Source: Acanthaster planci (Eukaryota). From it: 64,000 bases of DNA. Of the stretch, positions 1-13,711 are shown in pieces. The position numbers and the translations under genes were made by a program. The DNA is taken from NCBI RefSeq assembly GCF_001949145.1, contig NW_019091360.1:4088013-4152012 (forward strand). Reading direction: 5' to 3'. Position 1 is the first letter of the stretch. The number at the start of each line of letters is the position of its first letter. The notes beneath the pieces were generated by a model. The model searched no databases and was not told where the DNA came from. It worked only from the letters and a program-made list of their open reading frames with translations.

Positions 1-405
1 AGTCGTGAACCAAGACTATTTAAAGTAACATAATCACAGTATTCTAGCAAACTATGCAATACTGATGTTGATTAAAGAAAACTGAGATGGTGTCCATCGT
101 AGAAGTACCACTTAGAACTGTGTTTCCATCCAAATCTTGCAGGCAAGTCTTTGACCGTGCCTAAGCATTGGGTCATTCCTTTGGATTATCCAGTACAAAA
201 TATGAGTTGATGTTTAACTGAAGGTCAATTAAAGTGCATGATGATAACAGAAGTCAATAACATGAACAGTGAAAGCATAGAAATGCTTCTGGGCCCGAGA
301 CAAAGGTCGGGCTAGAGAGAAGCATGGACATAAGAAAGGCCTGGCTCAGCTGATGATGTCCAATACACCCGGCTGGCTCATCCACACAAGGTGACTACAT
401 ACAAG

Positions 406-1767
406 GGGTCTGTCCACACTAACACATTTGTACACAATCAGAATCATCTCTAAAAATGAACTTTAACAAATTTACTAATATTTGTATAATTGTGGAGATA
501 TATTTACACAGTTTAACAGGATTTGGTTGTTGTTAAAATAATTAGGATTTTGATGAAAATGTCCAGCTTACGGTATTTTAGGGGTTCCGGTGAGACATGT
601 ACACAATTTTGTTAATTCATGCTTTTCAGGTTATAAATCGGAAACATCACTATCATGGAACAAAACACTTCATCTGTTAAAACATGGATACTAATGTACA
701 AGTACAACATTTGAGAAATGAGTCCAAATCTATGTTTTTTAATTTGATCTAGTTATGTTAAGCAGGAATTTAAGGAGAGCTGATTGAGGCATAATGTCCG
801 TCACGGTGTCTGTCCACAGAGTGGCAAACATTAAACAGTTTTACATGTATTTTGCTATTGCTTGAGTAGATAACTTCAACAAAAATATATCAATCTTCCT
901 GAGAAAAGTTTGGATATTAATACTTTACAGGTGTTTTTTTTCTATCAGAAACAAAACTAAGATTTGATTGTAGGAATTACAAATGTCTATCTACTTTTTT
1001 GTAATGTTTGTCATGAGTATTTTTCCCTGTAAATGAAAAAATCTTAAAAGTCTTATCTTATGAATACATATACATTATTACAAAACCTAACTAAATAAAA
1101 TAACGAACAATCCATTAGAAAAAGTTGGTTCGTTTTGTTGAAATGAAAGTCAGAAGACTGTCTGTCCCTAGATTATGGACAAACATTACATCTTTCCAAG
1201 TGAAACAAGTCACTCTTTGAGAAAAATTTACACAGTATTCATTTAAGCTGAAGTTTAATAGTCTTTTTAACCAAACTGATTTTGAAAACTGAAAATAAAC
1301 AAGTTTGGCTTCTGACCAATTCTGTTTTCATTCTCTAATTCAAACAACAACAAAATGTCTGTCCATGTGACAAATGTGGTGTCCATCCAGTGACAAACGT
1401 TACCTTGTATTCATAAAATAAATTTCAGAGTTATCTACACTGGAATTGTTTTTCTGAGATTATGAGAGTTTGAAACAGTAAATTAAAAAGAGTATATAAT
1501 ACATTGTGGATACATGTAATTATCAATCACAGTTTGTATTTAATTTTCATAAGAAACAACGTGTCTGTCCATGTGACAAATGTTATACCTTCAAGAATAA
1601 ACTTCTGTAATTTCTTAAATACTGCTCAATTTATCTTTAACTTTCTGTGGGAACAATCAGAAACAGTAAAGACATACATGTTTATAAGCAAAAAATAATG
1701 GCAAAATTTTACAGTTGGAATTTGTATTGAGTATCACACAGATGTATCTTTTAGTGTGGACAAACCC
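406..1767. mobile_element. Non-autonomous DNA transposon (~1.36 kb) with 17-bp TIRs and internal repeated motifs
   Basis: Left end GGGTCTGTCCACACTAA (406-422); right end TTAGTGTGGACAAACCC (1751-1767) is its reverse complement with 1 mismatch. Flanks ACAAG/ACATG could be an imperfect TSD. Internal TGTCTGTCC...CAAA motifs near 807, 1159, 1356, 1562. No coding capacity seen; superfamily not assigned. Confidence 0.65.
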
Positions 1768-2089
1768 ACATGTGCATGATATACATGTACATCCACATTT
1801 TAAACAGGTGTAAGCCTGATGATCAACACTCATCTCAGCCAGAGTAATTACTTGTGACAGTGAAAGGAACGAAGGTTATCCCTTTGATGCCACACTTAAA
1901 CATCCCTTGCCTCTCACTTTGGCAAGTTTCAAGCTCCAGTACAAAAACTTGATTTTTTAAGGTAGGCCTACAAATGGACTACAAGGACATGTGAGCATGT
2001 GCATGTTTGTGTCTATGGGTATATGTACACGTATGTGTATATTTATGTGTAAGTGCACAAGTGTGTATATGTTCATGTACGTATATACT

Positions 2090-2356
2090 TGCACTCCCCC
2101 TTTAATGGGGGTGTATCTCCTTGATGGCTGCCGATATTGCTTTTACTGCCAATGTACCGACCAATTAAGTATTTTAATCTGTTTTAGTGTGTTGTCAATT
2201 AAGTGCTATTTCAATGGTTATCCCTGCTGTTTTGTTGTTATTAATTGATTATCTAATATTTTTATTCTTTTATCGTTAATTGCTTGTGTTAGCTGGGCGC
2301 CTTTGGAAAACAGTGATCCACTGAGGGTTTCCCAGGGTAAACAAGAAATAAATAAA
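2090..2356 (+). mobile_element. 3' end of a CR1/L2-type non-LTR retrotransposon (5'-truncated)
   Basis: T-rich 3' UTR-like tract, then GGGCGCCTTTGGAAAACAG...CTGAGGGTTTCCCAGGG stem-loop-like segment and an AAATAAATAAA tail. 5' boundary approximate. Confidence 0.45.
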
Positions 2357-2505
2357 CTGGAACAATTTGATCACCATGACAATGACAATTTGATCAATTG
2401 ATGTTAACATTCTGTTAGAACCAAGGTCAGCGTGAGTGAAATCAGTTTAGTCACAGGATGCTGAGGGATCAAGAGCCTTAATTATTACATTTAGTTGTAT
2501 TTTAA

Positions 2506-2656
2506 CACTGTATACTCAGTTTTCCCCTGAAAGGTTGTAAAAAACCCACAAGCGTACTTGGGTGGGACTCGAACCCACGACTTCCTGCTTACAAGTGCAG
2601 ATGTCTTAACCAAAAATTTAAATTAACATCTCCCTGATGCAAATCCATCCTTAGAC
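2506..2656 (-). mobile_element. tRNA-derived SINE, rearranged copy (head on minus strand, tail on plus strand)
   Basis: Reverse complement of 2506-2611 aligns closely with 2714-2821 (includes B box GGTTCGAGTCC). 2611-2655 is a direct match to the tail 2853-2895. Confidence 0.75.
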
Positions 2657-2697
2657 ATAGCTGTTCATGGTACCCGCTGCTACATCTGACTTGAACC

Positions 2698-2898
2698 AGC
2701 TAGGTGGCCGAGAGGTTGAGACATCTGCACTAGAAAGCAGGAAGTCATGGGTTCAAGTCCCACCTGTGTACGCTTGTGGGTTTTTCACAAGCTTTCGGGA
2801 GGAAACACTGAGTATACAGTGATACACTACACATCAGGCAGGGCAAAAGTCCCAAAATTTAATTAACATCTCCCTGACACAAATCCATCCTTAGAAAT
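2698..2898 (+). mobile_element. tRNA-derived SINE
   Basis: Pol III A box TGGCCGAGAGG (~2705) and B box GGTTCAAGTCC (~2750), followed by a non-tRNA body (CTGAGTATACAGTG...) and tail. A second copy is adjacent. Confidence 0.8.
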
Positions 2899-2989
2899 AA
2901 CCGTAGGAACATATTACTTGTATTTTACATGTTTTGAAATGAGAATGAACATAGCTGGTCTGATCTGGGGAGTGAATCTTGGTGAATCA

Positions 2990-3480
2990 CTTCAATCCCC
3001 CAATCTTACATGTATACTAGTAGTGAAAGAGACTTGGACCCTTCATATTATCCAAATTTTAATTCAACAAAATTTGCATTCCAAAATGCATGCAATCCCC
3101 AAGAGGCCCTTACATTCTTATTTCTGTATTCGTACCCGGTACTTGAAAAATACAAGACTAGCATGCAGTATGCAGCTAGACAGGTGCAAACACCAAGCCC
3201 CAACTCTATCACACCTGCCCATCCCATATTTTTTTCCTACACCATCCAAAGGGAAATGTTCAGTAATGAAAGCTTTGATCAAACACAGCAATAACCGTAA
3301 CAACACCTGACCTACTAACACCAATTGGCACATGCTCTTCAGTCACAGTCGATCACAGCGATCAATGCAGGCAGCCCAAATGATCATGGCCTCATTTGTA
3401 CAAATGAATGTGACAGATGAAACTATTGATTTAAGGCCTGGGTAGCAGAGAGAAACTGGCAAATATTGCAGGTGCACTAT
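2990..3480 (+). mobile_element. Highly degraded non-LTR reverse transcriptase fragment (CR1/Rex1-like)
   Basis: Frame-broken translations resemble RT motifs in the expected order: KFAFQ..EAL...LEK (cf. QFAY..DA...HLEK), SYTIQ (cf. FNTIQ), AINAGSP (cf. NTGAPQG), YTNEC-like. Confidence 0.4.
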
Positions 3481-6444
3481 ACCGGGAATTCACTTGACTG
3501 TATGATTAGGAACATAATTTTTTTAATTCAAAGAGAAAAAAAATATACATTCAAGGCTTAAAAACAATTCAAACTTGGATTTTTTTTCACAAGTACGTGT
3601 ACACGTACATTTATAATTTTTTTCTTTCTTTTACTACCAAACAGTAAAGATATTTAAATAATAAAAGAGAGCATTAACTACATCTCACAGCCTTTAGTTC
3701 CAAATCTGAAGTGATGGACAGACAGCAATCTCTCCTCAGACAAACAGAAATTGTACACATGGCATCAATCAACATGCTACATGTACCTCTTACAAAATAA
3801 CACACTAATTAAGATGCTTCAGTCTGACACTCTGTACACTTCTGTGGTTGCCTGGCTCTTGTACAGGCAGCTGAGGAAGTAAAAATGCTGACAGCAATTT
3901 GCTCCAATTGCATTACATGTTCTTCAGCGTTTAAAGGATTACAAATGAAGCAGTGTCTGTGCACTTAATAGGGTGGTTAGCCCTCTCAATGTCTATGACA
4001 AAGGCAGGCGTTGATGGTGGACTTGTAATCAAAGAGATTCCAAAGTAGTCCACCGTTTAGGCAACCATTTTGTACTCCATGTCAATGTCCATTATAAATG
4101 AAAGAAACAGCTGTCCCTTGTGAGAACCATTTTCTGGCAAAAACATAATAAGAATATTCTGGCAATATGTGCACCGGACTTCTTAACTTAATAAACTACC
4201 TGTTCAGTACAGAATTCCCTGACCCCCTACTGAGCAACCATCTCTCTGTTCTTTTACATGTTGTATACAGGAAAGTATGGTGAGCTCACACACATGCAAC
4301 CCCTCAGAATATAAAGTCAATGCATTTGGCATGAACTGCATGTAGAATAATCGTCTTGCTGAAATGAAATAGATGGAGCAAAATTGTGACCAAGGGGTGA
4401 ATCTGCAGGAGAGTAAATATGTGACTGTCAATTCATGATCCATAAAACTTCAAGAGCAAATACTTTTGGAATTAAAAAGTAATCTAAAAATGTACAAGGA
4501 AATTCAAATTTCAAGTGCAGAATACAAGTTCTGTTTGAAGAGCTGAACTATCTTTGCAGTGAGTGGTGCTGGAACAACCCACATATTTCAGGCGGTATTC
4601 CATTACATGCAGGGGCAGTTCTGCTGACGGCAAGGTACTATTATGCAAAGACAGTGCTGTAGTCTGAGAAGACAAGCTTCTGAGCCTTCCCTAACACCTG
4701 CAGAATCCTTGCCAGGCAAGATACTACACACTGTCTGGGCATCGCATCCCATGAGGGAATGAAGAAGTGGTGCCAGAGATTAGCAAAACAAGGATTGTAA
4801 TCCAGGGAGTGACAAAGTCAAAAGATATCACAGATGTCTCCTGGGATTTCTAAATAGATGATAAATCTCCTCACTGCCACAAGCAAAACTCCAGTCTGCA
4901 TGTACATGTGTGTAGCACTCGATGTTCAATTTTCTACCTGGCCTATGCTGCGTTCAGGGAATAGATTTCTTTTTGTTGGGAAATTTGGGACTGAGTTGTA
5001 GGACAAAAATACATGTGTGTCCTCATAATGAATTTTTTCCAACATCATCTATCATTCAACCCCTGTGTGGTCCTAACAAGTATGGTGCCAAGGACATGAT
5101 GGGGGGGTCAACAGGGGCCATGACCCTCCCTCCCCCTCGCAAAAAAAGTATAAAATGAAATAAAAATAAAGCTAATTTTCTCAGACGATGAAAGGGGATT
5201 TTTTTTCCAGGTCTTTATCTTTTTTCCCCTTCAATGGCATGTAAAAAGCCCTGAAATGCAGCCTCACCCCTCAGGAAGGCAATAAAGATTTTGACAAATA
5301 ATTTCCTCAATTTTGCCCCCCCCAAAAAAAAATATAAATTGGGTTCTGGATCTGCCCTTTATGGTGCCAGTATGTTTCGTTGTTTTTTTTCCCAACATCA
5401 AGTATTGGTTGTTTAAACTTTGGTATCATATCAACTTATCAATGGGGCCAAAATTCTTGGCTATCATACAATATCATTGTGGGTGAAATTTCACACGATT
5501 AACAAAGTTTACATGCAGATATCCATTGGCATATAGCATGAAACAACACTTGTATTATATGATTATTAACACTGCTCACTACGTCAACATTTTTCTGCAC
5601 AGCTTTGATAATTGCTGGGTACTTCTAAATTGCAGGGAATAACAAAAATCTAAAGAAGTCAGAAGAAATGTTAAATGAAACTTGCCAAAGAAAATTCGAA
5701 TCACACTATTCACACAATAGACAGCTGTCTTTGGCAATGCACATTCAAATATTACCAAAGATTCAGAGATAATCTGGACAATTCTACATCTCTCATTATC
5801 CCAATATGGTCTGATGTCTTACCTCGCCAATTCGGAGAGCATGTGAGGATGGGACCCTGGTCACTTTCCCGGCCATTCTCTTGACTCAGCAACCAAGCAA
5901 ACTCATTGGTCCACTTAGGTGAAGCATTCTTCCCATGAGGTGCAGTTGCTGACAGAAAGGCGATGATGTAAGGCAATACACCCTCCTTTGTGGGGTAGAT
6001 CCATCAGTGGAGTCACGCCTCCTTTGTTCTATTACCTGTCAACCGAGGAAGCCAAGCAGGTAAGACTGATGAGTGTGTGTTCTCTACTCCAGCAGAACGT
6101 GCCTAGAAATTTATCCTGTCTCAATTTCATGCCTGCTACACAGCAACAGTCAAGATCCCAATTAAAATGGAAGTTTCACCTCTGCAACAGCTTGCTAAAA
6201 CTGCATGCAATGAGGTACCAGTAAAGGAAACCAAACCCGCTGAAGTCGAAAATTACAGTAAAATTAGCAGATAAACCAAAGGGTTCAACTTAAAACCAAC
6301 TAAAATGAGATTAATAAACTAAAGGTCAGTAGGCTTGAAGGAAATCAAATTTCACTCTGTAGGCTGCAGCTTCATTGAGTTATCACCATTTGTATACGTG
6401 CAATCATTCATGGAGTGTAATAGAGGTATCGTTAGTATTATTGC

Positions 6445-6520
6445 TAGTTAGTTTAATTTAAACTGCCAATAGCAGCCCAAGGGCTGAATTGCAGAGTAGT
6501 TTTACAACAGAATTTAAAAA
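6445..6520 (-). mobile_element. Short 3' end of a CR1-type LINE
   Basis: Minus strand reads GCAATTCAGCCCTTGGGCTGC...TTAAATTAAACTAACTA, a hairpin plus short-repeat tail resembling CR1 3' termini. Confidence 0.35.
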
Positions 6521-9500
6521 GAGCTACATAAAAAAATTACAATTAAAGGTACATTTTAGATTCAAACTGGATTGGATTTAGAGTCAACCTAAGATCCCCC
6601 TATATGTAAGTCCTTGAAGAAAGATGAGCGAGAAGAAACAGGGTAAACCATCACTGGTGAAAAATGTCCAACATCATGTCAAAATGTCAGACAAAGATCC
6701 TCAGTAATGCTTCAACAAACTGGAAGTTTCTTAGTGGATGTTATTTCAAGTCCAACTGACATTACAATTTGAACAGTAACCATTGATAGCAAAGGAATAA
6801 TGAACAAGAGTTGAAGATAATGTTGTCAAGAGTAAGTGATAATTACATCTGCTGCTAATGTAAACCCAATATGATTAGTCAAAGAGTGAAAACATTCCTT
6901 CAGGTGCATTTATAAAATCTAAGGGAAATAATAAAAGCCCTGCATGGGCAAAAGCAAACTGGTCTGACAATAACCAAGGCCTGGGCAATTAGCAGATGGA
7001 AGTGAAACTGTCACGTTCCTCTCAACTGTTGCCATGCAGCATAAAATTAATGAACCACAGGCCACATGCATGTCAGTTCTTGGACAACAATCAGCCTGCA
7101 ACACAGCTCCTCTGAGTGGATTCTTCACACAGCATAGAGGCAAGGGAAACCTATACAAGATAAGATGTGAGGAATGCACTTTTTTGTTCAAATAAAAACT
7201 GTGCACTTCTAAATGTACAGGTGCCCGTGAAGTAAGCAGAAGCAGTAAAATAACATTTTGCAAGTGAATATTTCACAGTGACTGTAATTGGTCTACGTTT
7301 ATAAAACCCCGATTTTAGAATATTAAAAATGAACGAGCACCTGCAAAAAACAAAAATAACAAGTGCCGTTTCAGCCGGTGCCCAAAACAGCTAATTATGA
7401 TTCAAAACATACAGGTGCGGGGAACACACATGTATGTACATGCACAGCTAATCACAAGACTTGAATAATTTATCATAGCTTCCTCTAAGAGCAAGATAAA
7501 TGTTCATATATCATTCCAGCCTTACTCTGCTGTGGAAGGCTACATTGTAAAACTTTTATGTACCCTCATTTTGAGTTTCAAAACACTTGATTTCTTTTTG
7601 TTGTTATTTTTTTTGCAAATGCATGGAATGCCAGAATTAAAGCTTACCTTCTGAATCTCAACAAATTCCATCATGGGTGATGTCTATTACATTTTAATTA
7701 ATGAAATTAAAACTGTTGGAATTTTGTTTATCATGTTTTACAATAGCGTTTAGTAAGAATTAAAAAACTCAAATGGGCAACTAGTCTGTCAAGTCAAAAT
7801 TCTCATTTGATGTACAAGCATTATCCAGCCTTAAAACCAAATTTCAACCAAATCCCTTGCTAACTGTGAGCTGTCACAACAGATAGAATGTCATCGGATT
7901 AAATACAATTTTTGTGTCTGATGAGAGACTTGCCTCACTCAACACCTACATATCACTGGTGTGTCTGGAACTTTGTAAGTGAGCCATCAAATGGAAGCAT
8001 GCTTGCTGTCACATGCTTTGCAGGCAAGCTGTGGCAGGTATGATAACCAATCGACATATCCCTACACCTCCTACTGATTCTGAATTGATGGAACTCCAAT
8101 GAAACCCTTTAGGATGTCTGTCCTTGGCAGATTCTATCAAGCAACCAAAAGATTTCTTGAAAGTAACACTTCACAAGATTAAACGCACTTAGGGAAATAG
8201 TTTCATGGCTTCAATAGCCCCCCAAATCACAAGAAATCAAACAAATAAATGTACATAACAACAGAAATCAAAGCCAAAGCTAAAAGAGCATCAGATAAGC
8301 ACAGGCATGATACAGTGAACACGTGCAAAGTTAAGTTCATTAGCCCTAACACCGGGATTTTCACTTTCCTGAAGTCAGGAAATGCACAACTTCCACAAGT
8401 CATCCAGCCACACATAATATACTACTGTACATAAAATAGAACCCGACTGGACTAGAATATCTTTTGAAACCTGAGCACAGATTTCAAGAAGAAGGGAGGT
8501 TCAGGTTGAGGAATATGACATCTACATGTACATGTAATTAGCTATCCTACAACACAAAAGGTGAGTTGGAAAACTTTTTTCATGCTTCTTTAAAAGAATA
8601 TGGCAAAGTATTTCAAAATTATTCTGTTAACCTCCGAAACAGGAAGAAATGTGGGAAAAAATTAAATCATTAACTTTAAGACATTAAAAGGTTAAGAACT
8701 GAAATTCACGCTTTGAAAAGAATGCCCCCCCCATTTCCCCGTCACTTCATGTTCCATCGTCTATGATTTTCCATCAGTTCAAAAGTAAATTCAGTCAATT
8801 ACTATATAATCAAATGATATATGACTATTAAAATCTTGCAAATACAAAGTGCATACAACAGCTATTGATAAGGCACAAACTGACGTTGGAAAAATATCCC
8901 AGTATGGGCTGTCATGAGGACTGTAGCCTGTTGCATGCCAACCAGAGCCAGTTTAGCATAAATTTCCATGTACTTGTTCGCATCTATGAATAATAAAAGC
9001 TAGATCTGATGAATTATGCAGAGGAGAAATGACATTCTTCCCTGATACTGTCAATGCACATGGTTAAGGTGTGAGTTTGGCTCTCTGGGTAGCTCCAACG
9101 TCCCAAATTCTCCGACCTATCAGGGTGTTCATTCAATATTTACAGAGTAGTTCCGGCAATTTCACACTTCCTATCCTCTCAATGCACACAAATATATGCA
9201 GCTCGGTTACACAGAAAGGTTGATGAATGTGTATTCCTGAAATTGAACGCTCGGAGCATTATTATCTGACAGTATTAACATATATGTAAGACCGATGCAA
9301 AAGTCAGAAAGACTCTGCTAGAATCACAAATGTCAGGCTCTATAATTTTCATCCAGATTCATCAGTTTAGGTCACTGTAGTAAGCATGGAGTTTGTACCA
9401 GGTAGCAGGTTTCGTATTTCATATGTGCATTAAGTATACAAAATTGTATCAAGTCACTGTATATGTGATACTAATGCTGCTGAAGAACACGTGTGGTCAG

Positions 9501-12500
9501 TAATGGCACACTGAAATATTAAAAGATAAATCTTGTGTGATTTGAAATAAAATAGGCCCATACACATTCATTCTGATAATTGGGCTTAGCAGTGTTTGAC
9601 ACAGATTCAGAAATAATTGATATAAAACATCTGTACAGGATATAATGCAAAGAGAATGAAATGTTAGAATGTTAGACTTGAAATCAAGTCCAAAGATATG
9701 CAATACAAAACTGCTGCAAACTGCTTGCTGACTAAAATGACCTAAAATATCAATCTCAAAATATGGAGGGCCTGACGTTCCGATCCTAGCAGATTCTTTC
9801 TCAAAGGCAAAATGACAAGTGGACAGGACAAACAAGCAAACAAGGAATCAACCAAGCATGGATGAATACAAGAGGACAAAAGGAAAGGTCAAGAAAGCTG
9901 CAGGCTGGATAAAGGGGCTAAGGATATGGGGGACTGCATGAAAGGCATGGTTGAACAACAAAGGAATGTAAGGTGGGAAGAGATCAAAGAAAAACTACAA
10001 TGGATGGAACTGGACCCCAAGTGGGAGGGGGTATAATCTGCAGACAAAAGACAGGGAAAGAGAGGAGTGTTAATTAGAAGTTTCCCTCTTGGATGTTCAG
10101 GCCATGGGGTTGTATGGTGCGGAGGTCCTCCATATTTTGAGATTTGAAATCAAGTCGTTAGCCAGCTGTGTTTGTTGTCCAGAACAACTGATATGAGCCA
10201 GCATACTGTGTCGTTTTACACTCAGTACTGAGCCTCTTCACCACTGCCCATGATCCAGCATGCTGTGCTGATACGGCCCGGATATGACGCATGGTTGTGG
10301 GCTGCTCAGTACTGGGTTTCAGTGCCCGCCTAATGACTTGATCAGCCTGACTCTAGCTGGATATTCATGCATGCAACAGATACATTGCACATTTATACAT
10401 TTCCACAAAGAGCACCAATAGCAGCTCACACTACATAACAGACTCTTCCATTTTATATATAGGGATGTCTATATTTGATTAGTGCCAGTTTCTTTCGTAT
10501 CTTGCATTAATATCCCTTTTAATATGATACTTAAAGACAAAGTACATGTACACATACTGTAACTTTTCAAGAACAAATCTATTAACTATCTTTTTTGGTA
10601 AAAGAACTGATGCTTTTATGGTAAATCATCTTTTTATAGAATAATGTTAATACATGTACCCTCTTCAGTCTTCAATAATGAGACTGTGGTTGTTGTTAAT
10701 AAATGTTTGACTGACCAATCAAACTGCCCCTAAAATAAATATTCATATGGGCCTAATTGGGAATCTTAGCCAATCAGAGTGCTCCATCCAATTTTGGTAG
10801 CAAGTCCCACATGTTGTGCACAAAAGGGCTTGCAGATTGCTCAAGTCGGTAACTGCGCACTGCCGAACACGCGTATTGGGGAGCGAGGTTGCACTGTTCC
10901 TGCATGTTATTAAACTGCGCACCGAACTGCACCATGTGTGCATCGCAAGGAAGGTGAACTACACCCAGCCAATTACCAACTTGATTTCAAGCCTAGCTAA
11001 ATATCTACTGCAGGAGAAGCTTCCTTACCTCCAAAAAACGACAACAGCAGTAGGCGGCGACAGCAGTTTGTCTACGTATGACTGGAATAATAGTTCTACA
11101 AGTCCAGGTTTTCAAACACACTTACATGTACATGTATCTACATGCACCAGTCGTATATGTACTAATCACAACTACCATAGCTAAATGTTAACACCACCTG
11201 CAAGTTGTCACAAATATGCAGAAATCATATCTGTGCAAGAAAATGTCAAAGCAATTCTGATCTGAAATGTCATTCTAGAACAATTCAGACCAATTGACTG
11301 GAGGTGAGTGGTCCATGAAACGCGTCCTTCTGTTGTTAAGTGCTCTTGTTCTTGTAAGGTATTGATTTTCATGCATCCTTTACTGTGTGTGAACACATAT
11401 CCTTTTTCCTCCGGAAGGATTGGAAGAACAACTTCCATCAGGAATAATCGCACACCTACCCACAACTCCCTTTGTCCTTCGATCAGCTAATGTTAAAAAA
11501 AAATATACCTGTGTATTACCTGCAATTTACACTACCCAACAGATTAATATTATAATTGGTTCCGCTAATTGTGGAGATGTTTTAATCTATTTGAAGTGCT
11601 GGACTTTTTCATAAATCAGTGAAAAAAATTGTGTGAAATGAATGAGACTAAATGAGGCAGGGGCAAAATTTGGGTGGTATTGAGGGTGGTGTCTAGGGGC
11701 ATGGAAGGTAGCTGAAACAGGGGTGGGGCAAGGATGGCACCTGAGAGAATGATCAACATTCAAAAACAGGGGAGGACAGCCAAATAAGAGGCCCTATCCT
11801 TAATTTTTGTTAAACATAATCCACATAATCCTCACATCACCAGCATCTTGAATACATCAGTGTCTGATACCTAGACTCTTTAAAGTACAGGAATACAAGT
11901 AAATGACCACGACCCTACATGTTCCATTTCATTCTTGTATACCCAAAATCTTAGTTCTTAAATCTAGCCCTTAGTTTGCACGAATACGCATATATTTTAC
12001 CATATGGTCTGGGTAATAATAAAAAAAAATACAATCAAAGACAACTCTTCATCACGCTCAGCACTATCAATTCTCTGGGGGGGGGCTGTCCATATCCAAC
12101 AAGAGCATAAACATTGATGTAGGACACAATATATCACCCTGGGTTGAGCCATAATGCAAAGAAAACAAGGAATCTGCTCATTAGAAATGATTGGTTGCTG
12201 GTCAAGGGATGTGAAGAGTCTCAGCTTGGATGACAAGTGGTGTCGGTGACGATCAGCAGTAGGGTTCATAGCGCCAGGGTAGGAGAAAATGCCACTTGGG
12301 TCACTTCTACTCGAGATGATTAGAAAAGCGATGGTGCATAATACAAATAATAAATCATGATCACTTTTAAAGGTACACCCCATCATTTGTAGCAATCAAA
12401 AAAGGTTACTGACGAAATTATTGTCGAAAAGCATACTTGCTTTACAGATGGTTATGGGACTAAACTCCCTGTGAAATTATTCTTTCTGGCAAGCTGCCAT

Positions 12501-12640
12501 TTTGAAGAAAACAATGAAAGATGGCCTTTTTCAAAAATGAGTCAGAAGACGCATTTTTGGAAATACACGTTCGTTCTTAATTCAACAAAGCACAGAGGTG
12601 CAATGACATGAGAAGTCATGCACCTACAGAGAGTAAGAGT

Positions 12641-12897
12641 ACTACGCATAAATGCGTTGGTTTAGCGTGCCACGTCATGTAGCTGTGATGCCAAATGGGA
12701 ACTACGCATAAATGCCTTGGTTTAGCGTGCCACGTCGTGTAGCTGTGATGCCAAATGGGAACTACGCATAAATGCCTTGGTTTAGCGTGCCACATCGTGT
12801 AGCTGTGATGCCAAATGGGAACTACGCATAAATGTCTTGGTTTAGCGTGCCACATCGTGTAGCTGTGATGCCAAATGGGAACTACGCATAAATGCGT
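12641..12897. repeat. 60-bp minisatellite, ~4.3 copies
   Basis: Unit ACTACGCATAAATGCCTTGGTTTAGCGTGCCACGTCGTGTAGCTGTGATGCCAAATGGGA starts at 12641, 12701, 12761, 12821 and partially at 12881; few mismatches per copy. Confidence 0.97.
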
Positions 12898-13711
12898 AGA
12901 AATTCATACGAATTATCTGAGCATTTAGCTATCTTCTCGACCAACCAACTCAACTTCTGTGCACAGTGCACCTGCCTTGAAGCATAACAAAATCATGCTC
13001 AGGAAAAAAACTGTAAAAAGTCTGATCTTGCTTCATACTGTAGGATAAAGTCCTCTTTATTTGATCATAAATTTAGTGGCATGAGTACACCAAAGTAAAC
13101 TTGTCAAAATGCTTCTAGCGAAGCAAGAGTCCATGGACAATCTTATCCAGAGCAGAAGGGTACGTAGGGGCAGATACATGTAGTCATCGCAGGAATGTGA
13201 TTCTGTACTCAATCAAAGATTCTATTCAATAGTTCATTCGGACTGGACCATAATTAATGTTATCAACTGACTAATAGCCTATGGTGTTCAGATTGATGTG
13301 GCTGAATTAAAAGCCTGTGAGACTGTGGATATCTGTAACTCTCATCCAATGAAGATATAAAGGAGACTTACTGAAGAATACTAAGTACAGAATGGCATAG
13401 GACAGATCCCAATGTTACACTACAATCAAAATTCTGAAAAATAGAGGGCGCTGTTCGATCGGCTGCCTGTGCTTTTTATTCGTGTCGCACTTTGTATGTT
13501 TTTATCTGTGAATTCTTCGATTCGGTTTGAGCATCAGTGTTTTTATGTTGAATGTGGTATGAACCGGTTCTTATCTTGCTGCTCATCGTTATTTTGTGGA
13601 TCTGTGATTTTGATGTAAGTGAAATTTGACTTCGTGATATGAATTGCAACTGATTGGGGAGACAACGCAGTTGGACACGCCAGGATCTACATGTAAACTT
13701 TATGTTTCAAA

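Noticed and set aside
1991..2090. ORF start MSMCMFVSMGIC...
   Set aside because: Degenerate (TG/TA)n microsatellite.
2698..2770. Functional tRNA gene
   Set aside because: A and B boxes are present, but there is no convincing acceptor stem or poly-T terminator and it runs into a repeated SINE body. Same for 40545-40615.
3900..4880. Coding-like stretches with interrupted frames
   Set aside because: No recognisable motifs or consistent splice structure; likely ancient TE debris.
12616..12855. 79-aa ORF with repeated WHAKPRHLCVVPIWHHSY units
   Set aside because: It is the translation of the 60-bp minisatellite, which stays open because the period is a multiple of 3; no splice or homology support.
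12641..12897. CRISPR-like array
   Set aside because: Contiguous repeats with no unique spacers, eukaryotic context, and no cas genes. The same applies to 50701-51131.
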